This document shows, piece by piece, positions 35,049 to 44,213 of a DNA stretch of 60,625 bases; within the stretch, counting starts at the first letter, position 1, and every line of letters starts with the position of its first letter. Location: NCBI GenBank assembly GCA_007127095.1, contig SKZY01000185.1:1-60625 (forward strand). The letters are read 5' to 3'. The translations under genes were made by a program, and so were the position numbers. The notes beneath the pieces were generated by a model. The model was not told the origin of the DNA, did no database searches, and was given only the letters and a program-made list of their open reading frames with translations. This DNA is from Planctomycetaceae bacterium (GTDB taxonomy: Bacteria; Planctomycetota; Planctomycetia; Pirellulales; Pirellulaceae).

Positions 35049-35913
35049 TCAGGTATTCGGTCAACGCCTTGTCGAACGGCATCTCGGTGCTGAGCGGGAC
35101 GTAATCGATCTGCAGTTTTCCGCATCCCTCTCGATAGGCCGTGCGAAAGGCGTCGAGTTCGGACAGGTATTCGTCTCGGAAGCCGCCGGCGTCGACTTGA
35201 AATAGTTCACCGGTTTCGGGGTCCTCAAACTCGACCGGACCGCTGAACGGGAAGTCGACTTCGGCCTGATCGAGGACGTGAAAGACGATCACGTCATGCC
35301 CACCGTGCCGTAGACGGGCCAATGCGGAGAGGGTCGTTGCCGGGTCGCCCAGCAGGTCCGAGAACAGCATGATCAAACTGGTATGGCGGAGCATCGCCGC
35401 GACCCGCGTCAAACAGCCCGGCAAATCGGTCTCACCTGAGGGCGTCATTTTCGAAAGGTGGGCCAGGACGTCGGCGAAATGCCCCCGCCGACTCCGCGGC
35501 GGCAGGCTGGCGTTGACTCGGTCGGTGAAGGTGATCAGCCCGACCGGGTCCTGCTGCATCGTCATCAGATAACAGAGCGATGCGGCGAGGCAGACCGAGT
35601 ATTCGAACTTGGTCATCTGCTGAGACCCCGTAAATCCCATCGACTGGCTCAGGTCCATCACCAAAAAACCGGTCAGGTTGGTCTCCGCCTCGAATCGCTT
35701 GACGTAGTACTTATCGGTTTTCGCGTAGACCAACCAATCGATCAATTTTGGGTCGTCGCCGCGGTGATAGCGGCGATGTTCACTGAACTGAACCGAAAAG
35801 CCGTGAAACGGACTGCTATGAAGCCCTTGCAGAAAGCCACGCACGATCATCCGCGCCCGCAGGTCGAGGCGTTTGATCTGATTGAGCGATTCGGGAGAGA
35901 GTTGCGTCGCCAA
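35026..35913 (-). CDS. DUF58 domain protein (vWA-like, usually MoxR-associated)
   Basis: The DUF58 core is GLHSSPFHGFSVQFSEHRRYHRGDDPKLIDWLVYAKTDKYYVKRFE...VMDLSQSM. It appears to use a TTG start. The 3' end overlaps the convergent transporter gene by 23 nt. Confidence 0.85.
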   Translation of the reverse strand: MATQLSPESLNQIKRLDLRARMIVRGFLQGLHSSPFHGFSVQFSEHRRYHRGDDPKLIDWLVYAKTDKYYVKRFEAETNLTGFLVMDLSQSMGFTGSQQMTKFEYSVCLAASLCYLMTMQQDPVGLITFTDRVNASLPPRSRRGHFADVLAHLSKMTPSGETDLPGCLTRVAAMLRHTSLIMLFSDLLGDPATTLSALARLRHGGHDVIVFHVLDQAEVDFPFSGPVEFEDPETGELFQVDAGGFRDEYLSELDAFRTAYREGCGKLQIDYVPLSTEMPFDKALTEYLINRQSRF

Positions 35914-35958
35914 CGGTTGCGGAGCCAGAGCTGAGGGGAGCGTTCGGTGCGGGAAGGT

Positions 35959-36699
35959 TCAAGCGTCGTTCGACAAGCCGAGCCAAGTTTCGAAGCGACC
36001 CTGTTTTAAATCGCCGGGCATTGTATCGGCTGCCGCTACGTCCAGCGCGAGCGCCGCGACATAGCCGTCGGCCGGCGCAAACGCGATGAACCGCCAGGCG
36101 TCGCCATCACCGAGCGACGGCTTCAGCATCCGGACCCGGGGACGCTCCGCGTCGATATCGTAAAACGCAAAGTCGGCCAGCGGCAGCGTCAGTCCGGTGC
36201 CGATCGCTTTGATCAAGGCCTCCTTGAGCGTCCAGACCCGCAAAAAAGCGAGTCTTTGACGGTCCGGGTCGCGATGGTCGAAGACGTACTCGACCTCCGC
36301 TGTGGCGAAGTAACGCTCGGCCAGCATGACGTCGGTCCGACGCGACAGACGCTCGACATCGACTCCGATTTCTCCGCAGCGACCACCGGCGAACAACACC
36401 AATCCGTCGGTGTGGCTGACGTTGAATGGCCGAGCGACCTCGCCCGGGGCGACGACATACGGCTTGCCATGCGGAGCCGGTTCGAAAACGACCGATCGTG
36501 GATCGACGGCCGAACCGCGGGTCAGTAGTCGCCGCGCCATACCGCGACCGACGACGTGCTGATTACGCGCCGTCGCGACCCGGAACCGATCGGCTCGACG
36601 ACACTCCGACTCGGTCAGCCAAAGCTGACAACGCGACTCGAGTTCGCCTGGCGTATCGCGAGCCGCTGCCGCGGTCCAAACCTCGATTTCGCTCTGCAA
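35959..36699 (-). CDS. 4'-phosphopantetheinyl transferase (Sfp-type)
   Basis: Motifs FNVSHTDGLVLFA, GVDVE and WTLKEALIKAIGTG. The TTG start is preceded by GGAGG with a 6-nt spacer. Confidence 0.85.
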   Translation of the reverse strand: MQSEIEVWTAAAARDTPGELESRCQLWLTESECRRADRFRVATARNQHVVGRGMARRLLTRGSAVDPRSVVFEPAPHGKPYVVAPGEVARPFNVSHTDGLVLFAGGRCGEIGVDVERLSRRTDVMLAERYFATAEVEYVFDHRDPDRQRLAFLRVWTLKEALIKAIGTGLTLPLADFAFYDIDAERPRVRMLKPSLGDGDAWRFIAFAPADGYVAALALDVAAADTMPGDLKQGRFETWLGLSNDA

Positions 36700-36753
36700 T
36701 CGCGGCCTCCGTTGCTCGCCCAGGATCGGTCGTCAGTCGCTGCCAGGTCCGTG

Positions 36754-37734
36754 CTACAGCTCGCTGGCGAACTGCTTCCACTGGTTCTCGATCGTCCCGA
36801 CCTCGCCAACGCCCTGGTGTAGCACCACACGGTATTTCAAGCGGATCGATTCGCCCTTCTTGATCCGCACGCCATCGGTCTGCTCACCCCCGACAAAGTG
36901 AAATTCGCCGAACGGGTTCGCCGCGAACAGACCGTACGAACGAACGTGCCAGCGCGAAGGATGGCCGAAACTTTCCGGATGCTCGAGGATCGTGATCCCG
37001 ACCGTCTCGCCTTCGACCGGGCCGGTGTAATCGACCCAGCGAGATCGCTTGCCCCAGGTCTCTTTGTCCTCGTCGCCCTGGGCATTGATGATCGTTCCGC
37101 CCAACTTCCGATCGACCATCATCGAATCGGGAATCCGAATCCCGAAGGAGCCTTCTTTGGTGTCGCCGAAATGGACCTCATCAGCGACCGCGGTCAACAC
37201 GATTTCGAAGTCGATCATCCGCCGCTTGGCATCGGACCGGACATCGATCCGTTTCTTCTCGGACAACAGCACCTCGCCGTCGGGCGTCTTCCAATCGGCG
37301 GTGGCGGTGAACGAACCGACCCCGTCTTTGACCTCGCTGGAGGTGACTTCACGGTGATGAATCTCGCCGCTGCCGGACCCTTCCGACCAAAAATCGATAT
37401 CGTTGACTTCACCGTGAGTCATCCACATCGACCGTTGGTGAATGTGGTCGGTCGTGCCGCCCTCGGGAGCAGGCTTCATCGGGTAATCCCGCGACATCGA
37501 TTCGCCGCCGGGGCCGACCAACGGGTAGATGATCGGCTTCTTGCCGCTGCGAAACAGATAGCTAAACGCCAGCTGATCGCCGTCATGCAACTCGAGCGAT
37601 TCATCGCTTTGGACCCATTTCAATTCGGCCGCAGGCGACGGGGTAGTCACCAGCAGAGCCGGAAATCCGAAGCAAATCACGGCGAACAGGGCGGGCAGAA
37701 ACACCGGCCCTCGGTTGGTCAATCGGAATCGCAT
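36754..37734 (-). CDS. PmoA-like / DUF6807 family secreted protein
   Basis: Signal peptide. KPIIYPLVGPGGESMSRDYP...DHIHQRSMWMTHGEVNDIDFW matches my memory of the PF14100-type family common in planctomycetes. Confidence 0.72.
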   Translation of the reverse strand: MRFRLTNRGPVFLPALFAVICFGFPALLVTTPSPAAELKWVQSDESLELHDGDQLAFSYLFRSGKKPIIYPLVGPGGESMSRDYPMKPAPEGGTTDHIHQRSMWMTHGEVNDIDFWSEGSGSGEIHHREVTSSEVKDGVGSFTATADWKTPDGEVLLSEKKRIDVRSDAKRRMIDFEIVLTAVADEVHFGDTKEGSFGIRIPDSMMVDRKLGGTIINAQGDEDKETWGKRSRWVDYTGPVEGETVGITILEHPESFGHPSRWHVRSYGLFAANPFGEFHFVGGEQTDGVRIKKGESIRLKYRVVLHQGVGEVGTIENQWKQFASEL

Positions 37735-37885
37735 CTTCGTGTTCTTTGAGGTAGGGGGACGGTTCAGGTAGGATCGGCCGGTCGCCCGCAGGCCAGGCCG
37801 TCACCGTTTCGACCAGGATACTTGCCAGCGACCGGTGAAGAAAGCAGCATGAAATCGATGGCACCGAACGATCGGCAAGAAAATC

Positions 37886-40042
37886 ATGTCCGTAAACGAT
37901 CAGCTCAAGTCATTGCTCGGCCTGCTCGCGATGTTGACGCTGTGGCCGCATCCGGTCGCGGCGACCGATCCGCTCCGTACGGCCTTGGTCGTCAACGGCG
38001 ATGCGATCGATTCGTTGACGATCGCTAACCATTACGCCGCGCTGCGTGCCATCCCCGACCTCGGGATCATCGTGCTGGACGATGTCCCGGACACGCCTTC
38101 CTGCGACGTTGAACAGTTTCGTCGCCAGATCCTCCGGCCGTTGATCGAGGAACTCGACCGTCGTGGCCTCGGCCGCCAAACCGATCTGATCGCTTACTCC
38201 GCCGGCTTTCCCACCGCGATCGATATCCGGTCGGACCTCGATCAGGTAACCGAGCGAGACCGTTGGTTCACCCCCGTGGCGTCGCTGAACGGATTGACGA
38301 CGCTCTATCAGTTGGTACTCGCCGAAAACCCCGGCTACGCGTCACCGGCGGCGAACCATTACGCCCGCCGTGATACGAAAGCATTGTTGGCCAACCCGTT
38401 TCTGGGCAGCGACCGCGGTGAGTGGCAGCAGGCGCTTGCTGACGCGGAAGCCGGAAGGTTCGACGCGGCGATCACGGCCGGCCAGGCTCTGTTGAAAAAA
38501 CATCCGGCACAGTGGCCGCTGCTGTTGCGAATCGCCGAATGGCTGGCCCAGGCCGATCGTTCCGAAGACGCCATTAAGGCGCTAAAGAGACTGGCCGACG
38601 CCCGTGTCATCGACCGTGACCGGTTGCAGCCCGACGAAGTCTGGGAATCGCTCGCCGCGCTCCCTGAATACGTTCAACTGCTCGACCAGCTGCCAGCGTT
38701 GTTACCGGCGAGAATGCCGCCGGTCGCGTTTTCCGCTCGAACCACCTACGCCACCAACGGCCTGCCGCTGGGTGACGCCGACCAGGGAATCCGCCACCTG
38801 CTGTCGATCGTTTTAGCAGTCACCCATGGGCGTGGCACCACGGTCGATGAGGCGATAGCGATCTTGCGGCGAGCCGTTTCCGCTGACGCTCGCGGTGAAT
38901 CCGCGGAATTCTTTTTCAGCGATTCCGACGACGTCCGCTCCACGACCCGCAAGCCGCTCGTGCCGTTGGCCGCAGAGATCCTCCGCAGCCTCGGGCATCA
39001 AGTGACGATCGACCCGGCGCGACTTCCCCGCGATCGTGACCGTTTAATGGGCGCGATGCTGGGGTCGGCCAACTACGATTGGCCCGCCGCGGGAAACACG
39101 ATCCTACCCGGCGGAATCGTCGAAAACCTGACCAGCACCAGTGGCGTGCTCCACCGTGACAACGCACAGACGCCGATGACTGAGCTGCTGCTGGCCGGTG
39201 CAGCCGGCACCAGCGGGACGGTCACCGAGCCCTACGCATTGCCATTCAAGTTCCCCACGCCATTGTTGTATCCCTACTATGCCGCCGGGTGTACCTTGGC
39301 CGAAGCCTTCCATTTGGCCGTCGAATCGCCGTACCAACTATTGATCGTCGGTGATCCGCTCTGTCGACCATTCGGCGACAAACAGAGCGAAACGTTCAGT
39401 CTGCGATTGACCGAAGATGACGAGTCCGTTCGGATTCGTGTCGAATTTTGGAGGGGGCCGCGAGTCGCCGCCCAACGAGTGCAGCAGTACGAGGTCTTTC
39501 TCGACGGCAAACTCGTCCACGTCGTCCCGCCGGTCGCCCAGATCACGATCCCTCACCAAGAGATCCCGCCGGGCGAGCATGAGTTGCGAATCGCGGCGGT
39601 CAGCCGCCACCCGCTACGAATGAAGACGATCGAATCGGTCCGACTGACGGGCCGCAGCGAGGTCGCGGTCCCGACGCTCGAATGGACACTCCGCCCCGCA
39701 GCGGAAAGCAGCGGCAGGCCGGAAATCGTCGCCACGGTATCGACGCCGACGAAGCCTGCAACCGATCGGGAGGAGTCTTCCGCCGAGCCGGCGGATCAGG
39801 AGGCTACGGACGCGGATACAGAACCACCGCCAAAGGATGCCACATCGACCGCAGGCGGGAATCGTCGGGTCGCGATCCGCCATCTCGGTCGACGGATCGT
39901 TGAAAGCGACGGCGATGCTGCGACCTTCACGATCCCGATTTCACGAACCGGAACCGGACCGGTCAGGGTGACGCCCGAACGGTTTCAAGGCGGCAGCTGG
40001 ATACTCGGGAAACCCGTTACGATCGACGTACCGAGCGATTGA
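37886..40042 (+). CDS. Secreted hypothetical protein (N-terminal region resembles TIGR03790 family), TPR-like middle segment
   Basis: Signal peptide LLGLLAMLTLWPHPVAA. ALVVNGDAIDSLTIANHYAALRAIP resembles the TIGR03790 N-terminal motif, recalled from memory and unverified. There is a helical repeat segment (RFDAAITAGQALLKKHP...). The C-terminal half is unassigned. Confidence 0.6.
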   Translation: MSVNDQLKSLLGLLAMLTLWPHPVAATDPLRTALVVNGDAIDSLTIANHYAALRAIPDLGIIVLDDVPDTPSCDVEQFRRQILRPLIEELDRRGLGRQTDLIAYSAGFPTAIDIRSDLDQVTERDRWFTPVASLNGLTTLYQLVLAENPGYASPAANHYARRDTKALLANPFLGSDRGEWQQALADAEAGRFDAAITAGQALLKKHPAQWPLLLRIAEWLAQADRSEDAIKALKRLADARVIDRDRLQPDEVWESLAALPEYVQLLDQLPALLPARMPPVAFSARTTYATNGLPLGDADQGIRHLLSIVLAVTHGRGTTVDEAIAILRRAVSADARGESAEFFFSDSDDVRSTTRKPLVPLAAEILRSLGHQVTIDPARLPRDRDRLMGAMLGSANYDWPAAGNTILPGGIVENLTSTSGVLHRDNAQTPMTELLLAGAAGTSGTVTEPYALPFKFPTPLLYPYYAAGCTLAEAFHLAVESPYQLLIVGDPLCRPFGDKQSETFSLRLTEDDESVRIRVEFWRGPRVAAQRVQQYEVFLDGKLVHVVPPVAQITIPHQEIPPGEHELRIAAVSRHPLRMKTIESVRLTGRSEVAVPTLEWTLRPAAESSGRPEIVATVSTPTKPATDREESSAEPADQEATDADTEPPPKDATSTAGGNRRVAIRHLGRRIVESDGDAATFTIPISRTGTGPVRVTPERFQGGSWILGKPVTIDVPSD

Positions 40043-40066
40043 ACCTCCGCTATCAACTCGGCGACG

Positions 40067-40084
40067 CGGTCGGATTACCGACCG
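40067..40084. terminator. Short hairpin between convergent genes
   Basis: CGGTCGG-ATTA-CCGACCG (7-bp stem), located between the stop at 40042 (+) and the stop at 40093 (-). Confidence 0.35.
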
Positions 40085-40092
40085 TGGTCGAC

Positions 40093-40374
40093 TTACCAAC
40101 CGCGGTCATCGTCGGGTGCGTCGGATTCGGGGTCACCGCACCAGGCGTTCAATTTCGCCAACACGGCATCACGCCCGTGAAGCCCGGTCCAGACCGAATC
40201 ATCGACGTCGAGCCGAATCTCGTATTGGCCCTCCCGCGTGCAGTCGGGCTCACCGCAAAAATGGGGCAAATCAGCGACCCATACGATGCGGTACAGCGGA
40301 ACGTGCTTGTCATCTACCAGGACGATCGGGGAATCCATGAAACGGCATCGGTTCTTGAGAAAGTAATCGGACAT
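40093..40374 (-). CDS. Small hypothetical protein (93 aa), Cys-containing
   Basis: ATG-initiated ORF 36 nt downstream of proC on the same strand, in a region with no competing gene. It contains HFCGEPDC and WCG. No family recognised. Confidence 0.45.
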   Translation of the reverse strand: MSDYFLKNRCRFMDSPIVLVDDKHVPLYRIVWVADLPHFCGEPDCTREGQYEIRLDVDDSVWTGLHGRDAVLAKLNAWCGDPESDAPDDDRGW

Positions 40375-40410
40375 CCGGCACCATGTGGCCGGCGCAACGG
40401 GTGGCGGAGG

Positions 40411-41253
40411 TCAGCCGAGTTCGCCGCTGCGATTGGCCGCTGCGGCGACGGCATCGATCAAAGCTGCCCGAAAGCCATTTTGTTCCAACGCACGCAGTCC
40501 GGCAATGGTCGTTCCGCCCGGACTTGCCACCGCGTCCTTGAGTTCGCCGGGGTGCCGTCCGGATTGCTCGATCATCGCGGTCGACCCGAGGACGGTTTGA
40601 GTTGCCAACCGCATCGCGATGTCACGTGGCAGGCCGGCCAACACGCCTCCGTCGGCGAGTGCTTCAATCATCACACAGACGTAAGCCGGGCCGCTGCCGC
40701 TAAGCCCCGTGACTGCATCCATCTGCTTTTCGGCGACCTCGATCGCCAACCCGACCGCTGACAAGACACGATCGGCCAACTCGCGATCAAGGTCGGTCGC
40801 ACCCGTCGCACAGCAGTACGCGGACGCCCCTTGGCCAACCAGACACGGTGTATTGGGCATCACACGGATGATGCGGTCGGTGGCGAACCAATCGGTCAGT
40901 CGGTCGAGCTTGATCCCGGCGGCCACCGACAGGATCAAACGTCCGCCCCACCGCCCCGCGGCCTGTCCAGCGGCGGTCGCTACCGTATCCGGTTTGACCG
41001 CGATGATGACGGTTGCGGCGGCTTCGACCGCCGCGACGATATCGCTGTCGACACGGCATGCGGGGTGCCGATCGGACCACCAAGCGACCGCAGCGGGGTG
41101 CGGCTCGACGACATGGACATCCGTCGCCACCACCTGGCCGGCAGCGATCAATCCGTCCACCAACGCCTGCCCCATCCGTCCGCCGCCGATCAAGGCGAGC
41201 TTACCGATCGGGACCGCAGCGGGTTCGGCGGATCGAGAATTTCGGTTCATCAT
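40411..41253 (-). CDS. proC: Pyrroline-5-carboxylate reductase
   Basis: Motifs LALIGGGRMGQAL, RVMPNTP, SGSGPAY and SPGGTT. The ATG at 41253 (MMNRNS) is preferred over the track start at 41295. Confidence 0.93.
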   Translation of the reverse strand: MMNRNSRSAEPAAVPIGKLALIGGGRMGQALVDGLIAAGQVVATDVHVVEPHPAAVAWWSDRHPACRVDSDIVAAVEAAATVIIAVKPDTVATAAGQAAGRWGGRLILSVAAGIKLDRLTDWFATDRIIRVMPNTPCLVGQGASAYCCATGATDLDRELADRVLSAVGLAIEVAEKQMDAVTGLSGSGPAYVCVMIEALADGGVLAGLPRDIAMRLATQTVLGSTAMIEQSGRHPGELKDAVASPGGTTIAGLRALEQNGFRAALIDAVAAAANRSGELG

Positions 41254-41587
41254 CGGTTCTCGCAAAGGAGTGACTGGCCGCGGCGACCGCCTCACGCAGT
41301 CGCTGTCGGATCATGCGACGCTCGCGGAGCCGAACGTCAGTCGGCATCATGGTCAGATAGCCCGGTTTTTGGCGAGTAGCGACTGTCGTTTTTGTTCGCA
41401 TCGGTCTGGTCGAGGGCGTCGCTGGCTTCATCACGGCCGGGCGGTTGCGGCAGCTAAATTGCCGTCAAGCGGCAGTTCGGGCCGTTGCGGCGCCACTTGA
41501 ATGCCGTCTTGACGCTCGTTAGCATCGTCGTCAAGTACTCATCAAGTCATCGTCTCGCCGTCATCGCCTCCTTCTCGGAAATCAATC

Positions 41588-42439
41588 ATGGAAACCGACT
41601 CGCCTGAACCGAACGTTCCGAACGAAAAAGCTGCGGCGAGTAAAACCGCAACGGGAGATTCCGCGGCCGGCGTCTCGGGTGTCGGTGCGGCGAATGCCCT
41701 GCCGACCCACAGCGGCGGTGAATCGTCGTTGTCCGCCCCGCGATTGATCGCCGCGATGGCGATCGCTTGTCTGATCGGTTGGGGCGGTGTCGTCGCGTCA
41801 CCACAGTGGGCCGAAGTTCCCGAAGACATGTTGACGATCGATATGTACAGTCCGGCTGCCGAACAAGAGCGGCTGGCGGCCAAGGAGCGAGAGATTTACT
41901 GGAAAAACAGTCTCGCCCATTTTTTGGTGCTCGGTTTCGGTTTCGGTACCGTCCCGTTAGTCCTGTCGCTGGGCGGACGCCGGGTCGGCGTTGCCGCCGT
42001 GGCCGGGATTGCCAGCGGCCTGGTTTCAGGAGCGGCGGCATTTTTCGTTGGTTGGAAGTTGCGGGAATACATCGATTCGGGCGCGGAATTGCCGCTGCTG
42101 GGTAACGCACAAGAAGGGATGTCGGGCGATATCCTCGTTTTCATCGTGGCCGGCATCCTGGTCTCGATTCCCGTCTTGGTCGGTGTCCTGTTGAGCACTG
42201 CCCCTGGGGCAGGCGGCAAAGCGATCGCCGTCCCGTTAGCCGCCGTGCTGGCCGGGCTGCTCTTTCCGATCGTCGCTTCGATCGTATTGCCCAACCTCAA
42301 CACCAAGCAGTTTCCGATCATGTTTCCTTCGTTGCTGGCGATCTGGCTCGGTTTGCTGGCGGTCTTGCTCGTCTTGCTGATCATCACCACCGGGGACAGA
42401 AAGCGTGGCGCAGCACAGCCCGAACCCAGCGAGGCGTGA
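41588..42439 (+). CDS. Hypothetical polytopic membrane protein
   Basis: It has 6 or more hydrophobic segments (for example LIAAMAIACLIGWGGVV, HFLVLGFGFGTVPLVLSL, ILVFIVAGILVSIPVLVGVLL, LLAIWLGLLAVLLVLLII). No family recognised. Confidence 0.65.
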   Translation: METDSPEPNVPNEKAAASKTATGDSAAGVSGVGAANALPTHSGGESSLSAPRLIAAMAIACLIGWGGVVASPQWAEVPEDMLTIDMYSPAAEQERLAAKEREIYWKNSLAHFLVLGFGFGTVPLVLSLGGRRVGVAAVAGIASGLVSGAAAFFVGWKLREYIDSGAELPLLGNAQEGMSGDILVFIVAGILVSIPVLVGVLLSTAPGAGGKAIAVPLAAVLAGLLFPIVASIVLPNLNTKQFPIMFPSLLAIWLGLLAVLLVLLIITTGDRKRGAAQPEPSEA

Positions 42440-44213
42440 TCGCGTCACCCACCGAGCGCGCGGAACGCTCAGCCGCTTTGCCGTTCTGTTCGCCGTCATT
42501 TCGTTGCCGGTTACCGCTTGCCGGCAACCGGCAAGCGATGAGTTAGCGGACGGCTCGGACGCATTGCAAACCCCGCTGATCAGCGAATCGGTCGATGACG
42601 TGGACGACGACGTGAACGAATGGTTCACCGATGTCACCGCGGCGACGGGTGTCGATTTTTCGTTCCGCAGCGGACGTTCGGCGGATGAGTACGCGATCCT
42701 CGAATCGCTCGGCGGCGGAGTGGCCGCCTTTGACTACGACCTCGATGGGGCGATCGACTTGATGTTTGCCGGCGGTGGCGAGTTGGCCGACCGGCGGATC
42801 AGCGGCGCTGCCTGTGGTCTGTTCCGCAACCTCGGCGACTTTGACTTCGCCGCCGTGACGACCGCGGCCGGATGCGAGGCCGCCAACCATTACAATCATG
42901 GTATTTTCCCGGCCGACTTCGATGGCGACGGCTTTCCCGATCTGGCGATCAGTGGGTTTGGCGGCGTGCAGCTGTTTCGCAATCAAGGCGACGGTACGTT
43001 CCAACGATTCGATACTTGGCAGACCCACTCGAGTCACCCGTGGAGTACGAGTCTGGCCTGGGCCGATTACGACGCTGATGGCCATCTCGATTGCTACGTC
43101 ACTCATTACGTCGATTGGTCCTGGGACAACCACCCCCGCTGTTCCGGACCGCCCGGCGTACCGCGTGAAGTCTGCCCGCCACGTGAGTTTCGGGGCATTT
43201 CCGATGCGATCTATTTTGGTGATGGCCAAGGCGGATTTCGCCGCCAAGATCAACAGGTCGGATTAGCTGCTGAAGGCAAGGGTTTGGGCGTCGTCGCCGC
43301 CGATCTCGACCTCGATGGGTCGATCGATCTCTATGTCGCCAACGATACGACCGACAACTTCTTTTACATCAATGACGGCCACGGTCGTTTCCAGGAACGG
43401 GCGTTGTTGGCCGGCGTCTCAGGCGATCCGACCGGAGTGAACACCGGCAGCATGGGTGTCGCTGTCGGCGATTTCGACGGCGATGGGCTGCCCGATATCT
43501 GGGTGGCGAACTTTGAACGCGAGTTGTTCGCACTCTATCGCAACGACGGCCAGAATCTGTTCTCGCACGTCAGTCGCCGAGCCGGTATCGGCGGTGTCGA
43601 AGGATTGTACGTCGGCTTCGGTACCGTGATGGTCGACATCGATTTCGATGGCCATCGTGACTTGGTCGTCGCCAACGGTCATGTCTCTTACCACTCATCA
43701 CAAACGCCATTTCGACAATTGCCGTTGTTGCTGCACAATCAAGGCGACGGGCGGTTCGAGCGGGCGTCACCCGGCGGTTACTTTGCTCAATCGCATTCCG
43801 GACGCGGTTTGATACACGCCGACTTGAATAATGATGGCAGTTGGGATTTGGTCGTTTCGCATCTCGAAGAACCGGTCGCGATCCTCCGCGGGTCGCCGGT
43901 GCCTCACGACCGCTGGGCACTCGTGCGACTGGTCGGCAGCGTTGCCAACCGTGACGCCGTCGGCGCGACATTGCACTACAGTCACCCTGACGGTGAGCAA
44001 GTCGAACTGATCTGTGGCGGTGGCAGCTATTTGTCTCACAGCGATCGGCGAGTCCGTTTGCTGGTGACCGATCCCCAGCATCGTCCGGAGACGGTCGAAG
44101 TCCGCTGGCCATCGGGTAGCCGAGAAAGCTTTCCCTATCCCGCCGACGCAACGTCGGTAACATGGGTGGAAGGTCAGGCCGAGTCCGTTGCTGCCGCTGG
44201 TGAGAGTCGATGA
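42405..44213 (+). CDS. CRTAC1/ASPIC-UnbV family protein with FG-GAP/VCBS repeats, lipoprotein-like signal
   Basis: Repeated FG-GAP motifs: FDYDLDGAIDLMFAGG, ADFDGDGFPDLAISG, ADYDADGHLDCYV, ADLDLDGSIDLYVAN, GDFDGDGLPDIWVAN, DIDFDGHRDLVVANG, ADLNNDGSWDLVV. C-terminal ASPIC/UnbV region (NRDAVGATL...GGGSYLSHSD). The GTG start at 42405 overlaps the previous gene by 35 nt. AVISLPVTAC is lipobox-like. Confidence 0.85.
   Translation: MAQHSPNPARRDRVTHRARGTLSRFAVLFAVISLPVTACRQPASDELADGSDALQTPLISESVDDVDDDVNEWFTDVTAATGVDFSFRSGRSADEYAILESLGGGVAAFDYDLDGAIDLMFAGGGELADRRISGAACGLFRNLGDFDFAAVTTAAGCEAANHYNHGIFPADFDGDGFPDLAISGFGGVQLFRNQGDGTFQRFDTWQTHSSHPWSTSLAWADYDADGHLDCYVTHYVDWSWDNHPRCSGPPGVPREVCPPREFRGISDAIYFGDGQGGFRRQDQQVGLAAEGKGLGVVAADLDLDGSIDLYVANDTTDNFFYINDGHGRFQERALLAGVSGDPTGVNTGSMGVAVGDFDGDGLPDIWVANFERELFALYRNDGQNLFSHVSRRAGIGGVEGLYVGFGTVMVDIDFDGHRDLVVANGHVSYHSSQTPFRQLPLLLHNQGDGRFERASPGGYFAQSHSGRGLIHADLNNDGSWDLVVSHLEEPVAILRGSPVPHDRWALVRLVGSVANRDAVGATLHYSHPDGEQVELICGGGSYLSHSDRRVRLLVTDPQHRPETVEVRWPSGSRESFPYPADATSVTWVEGQAESVAAAGESR

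Noticed and set aside
36898-37749. 283-aa plus-strand ORF
   Set aside because: It is antisense to the PmoA-like gene, which has a signal peptide and family motifs.
41201-41434. 77-aa minus-strand ORF upstream of and overlapping the proC start
   Set aside because: It is out of frame with proC and overlaps it by about 50 nt. I recognise no family and saw no Shine-Dalgarno sequence. It is kept only as a weak possibility of a leader peptide.
40039-41500. Plus-strand ORFs 40039..40761 (240 aa) and 40709..41500 (263 aa)
   Set aside because: They are antisense to proC (strong motifs) and to the small downstream ORF. Their products are Arg/Ala/Pro-rich.
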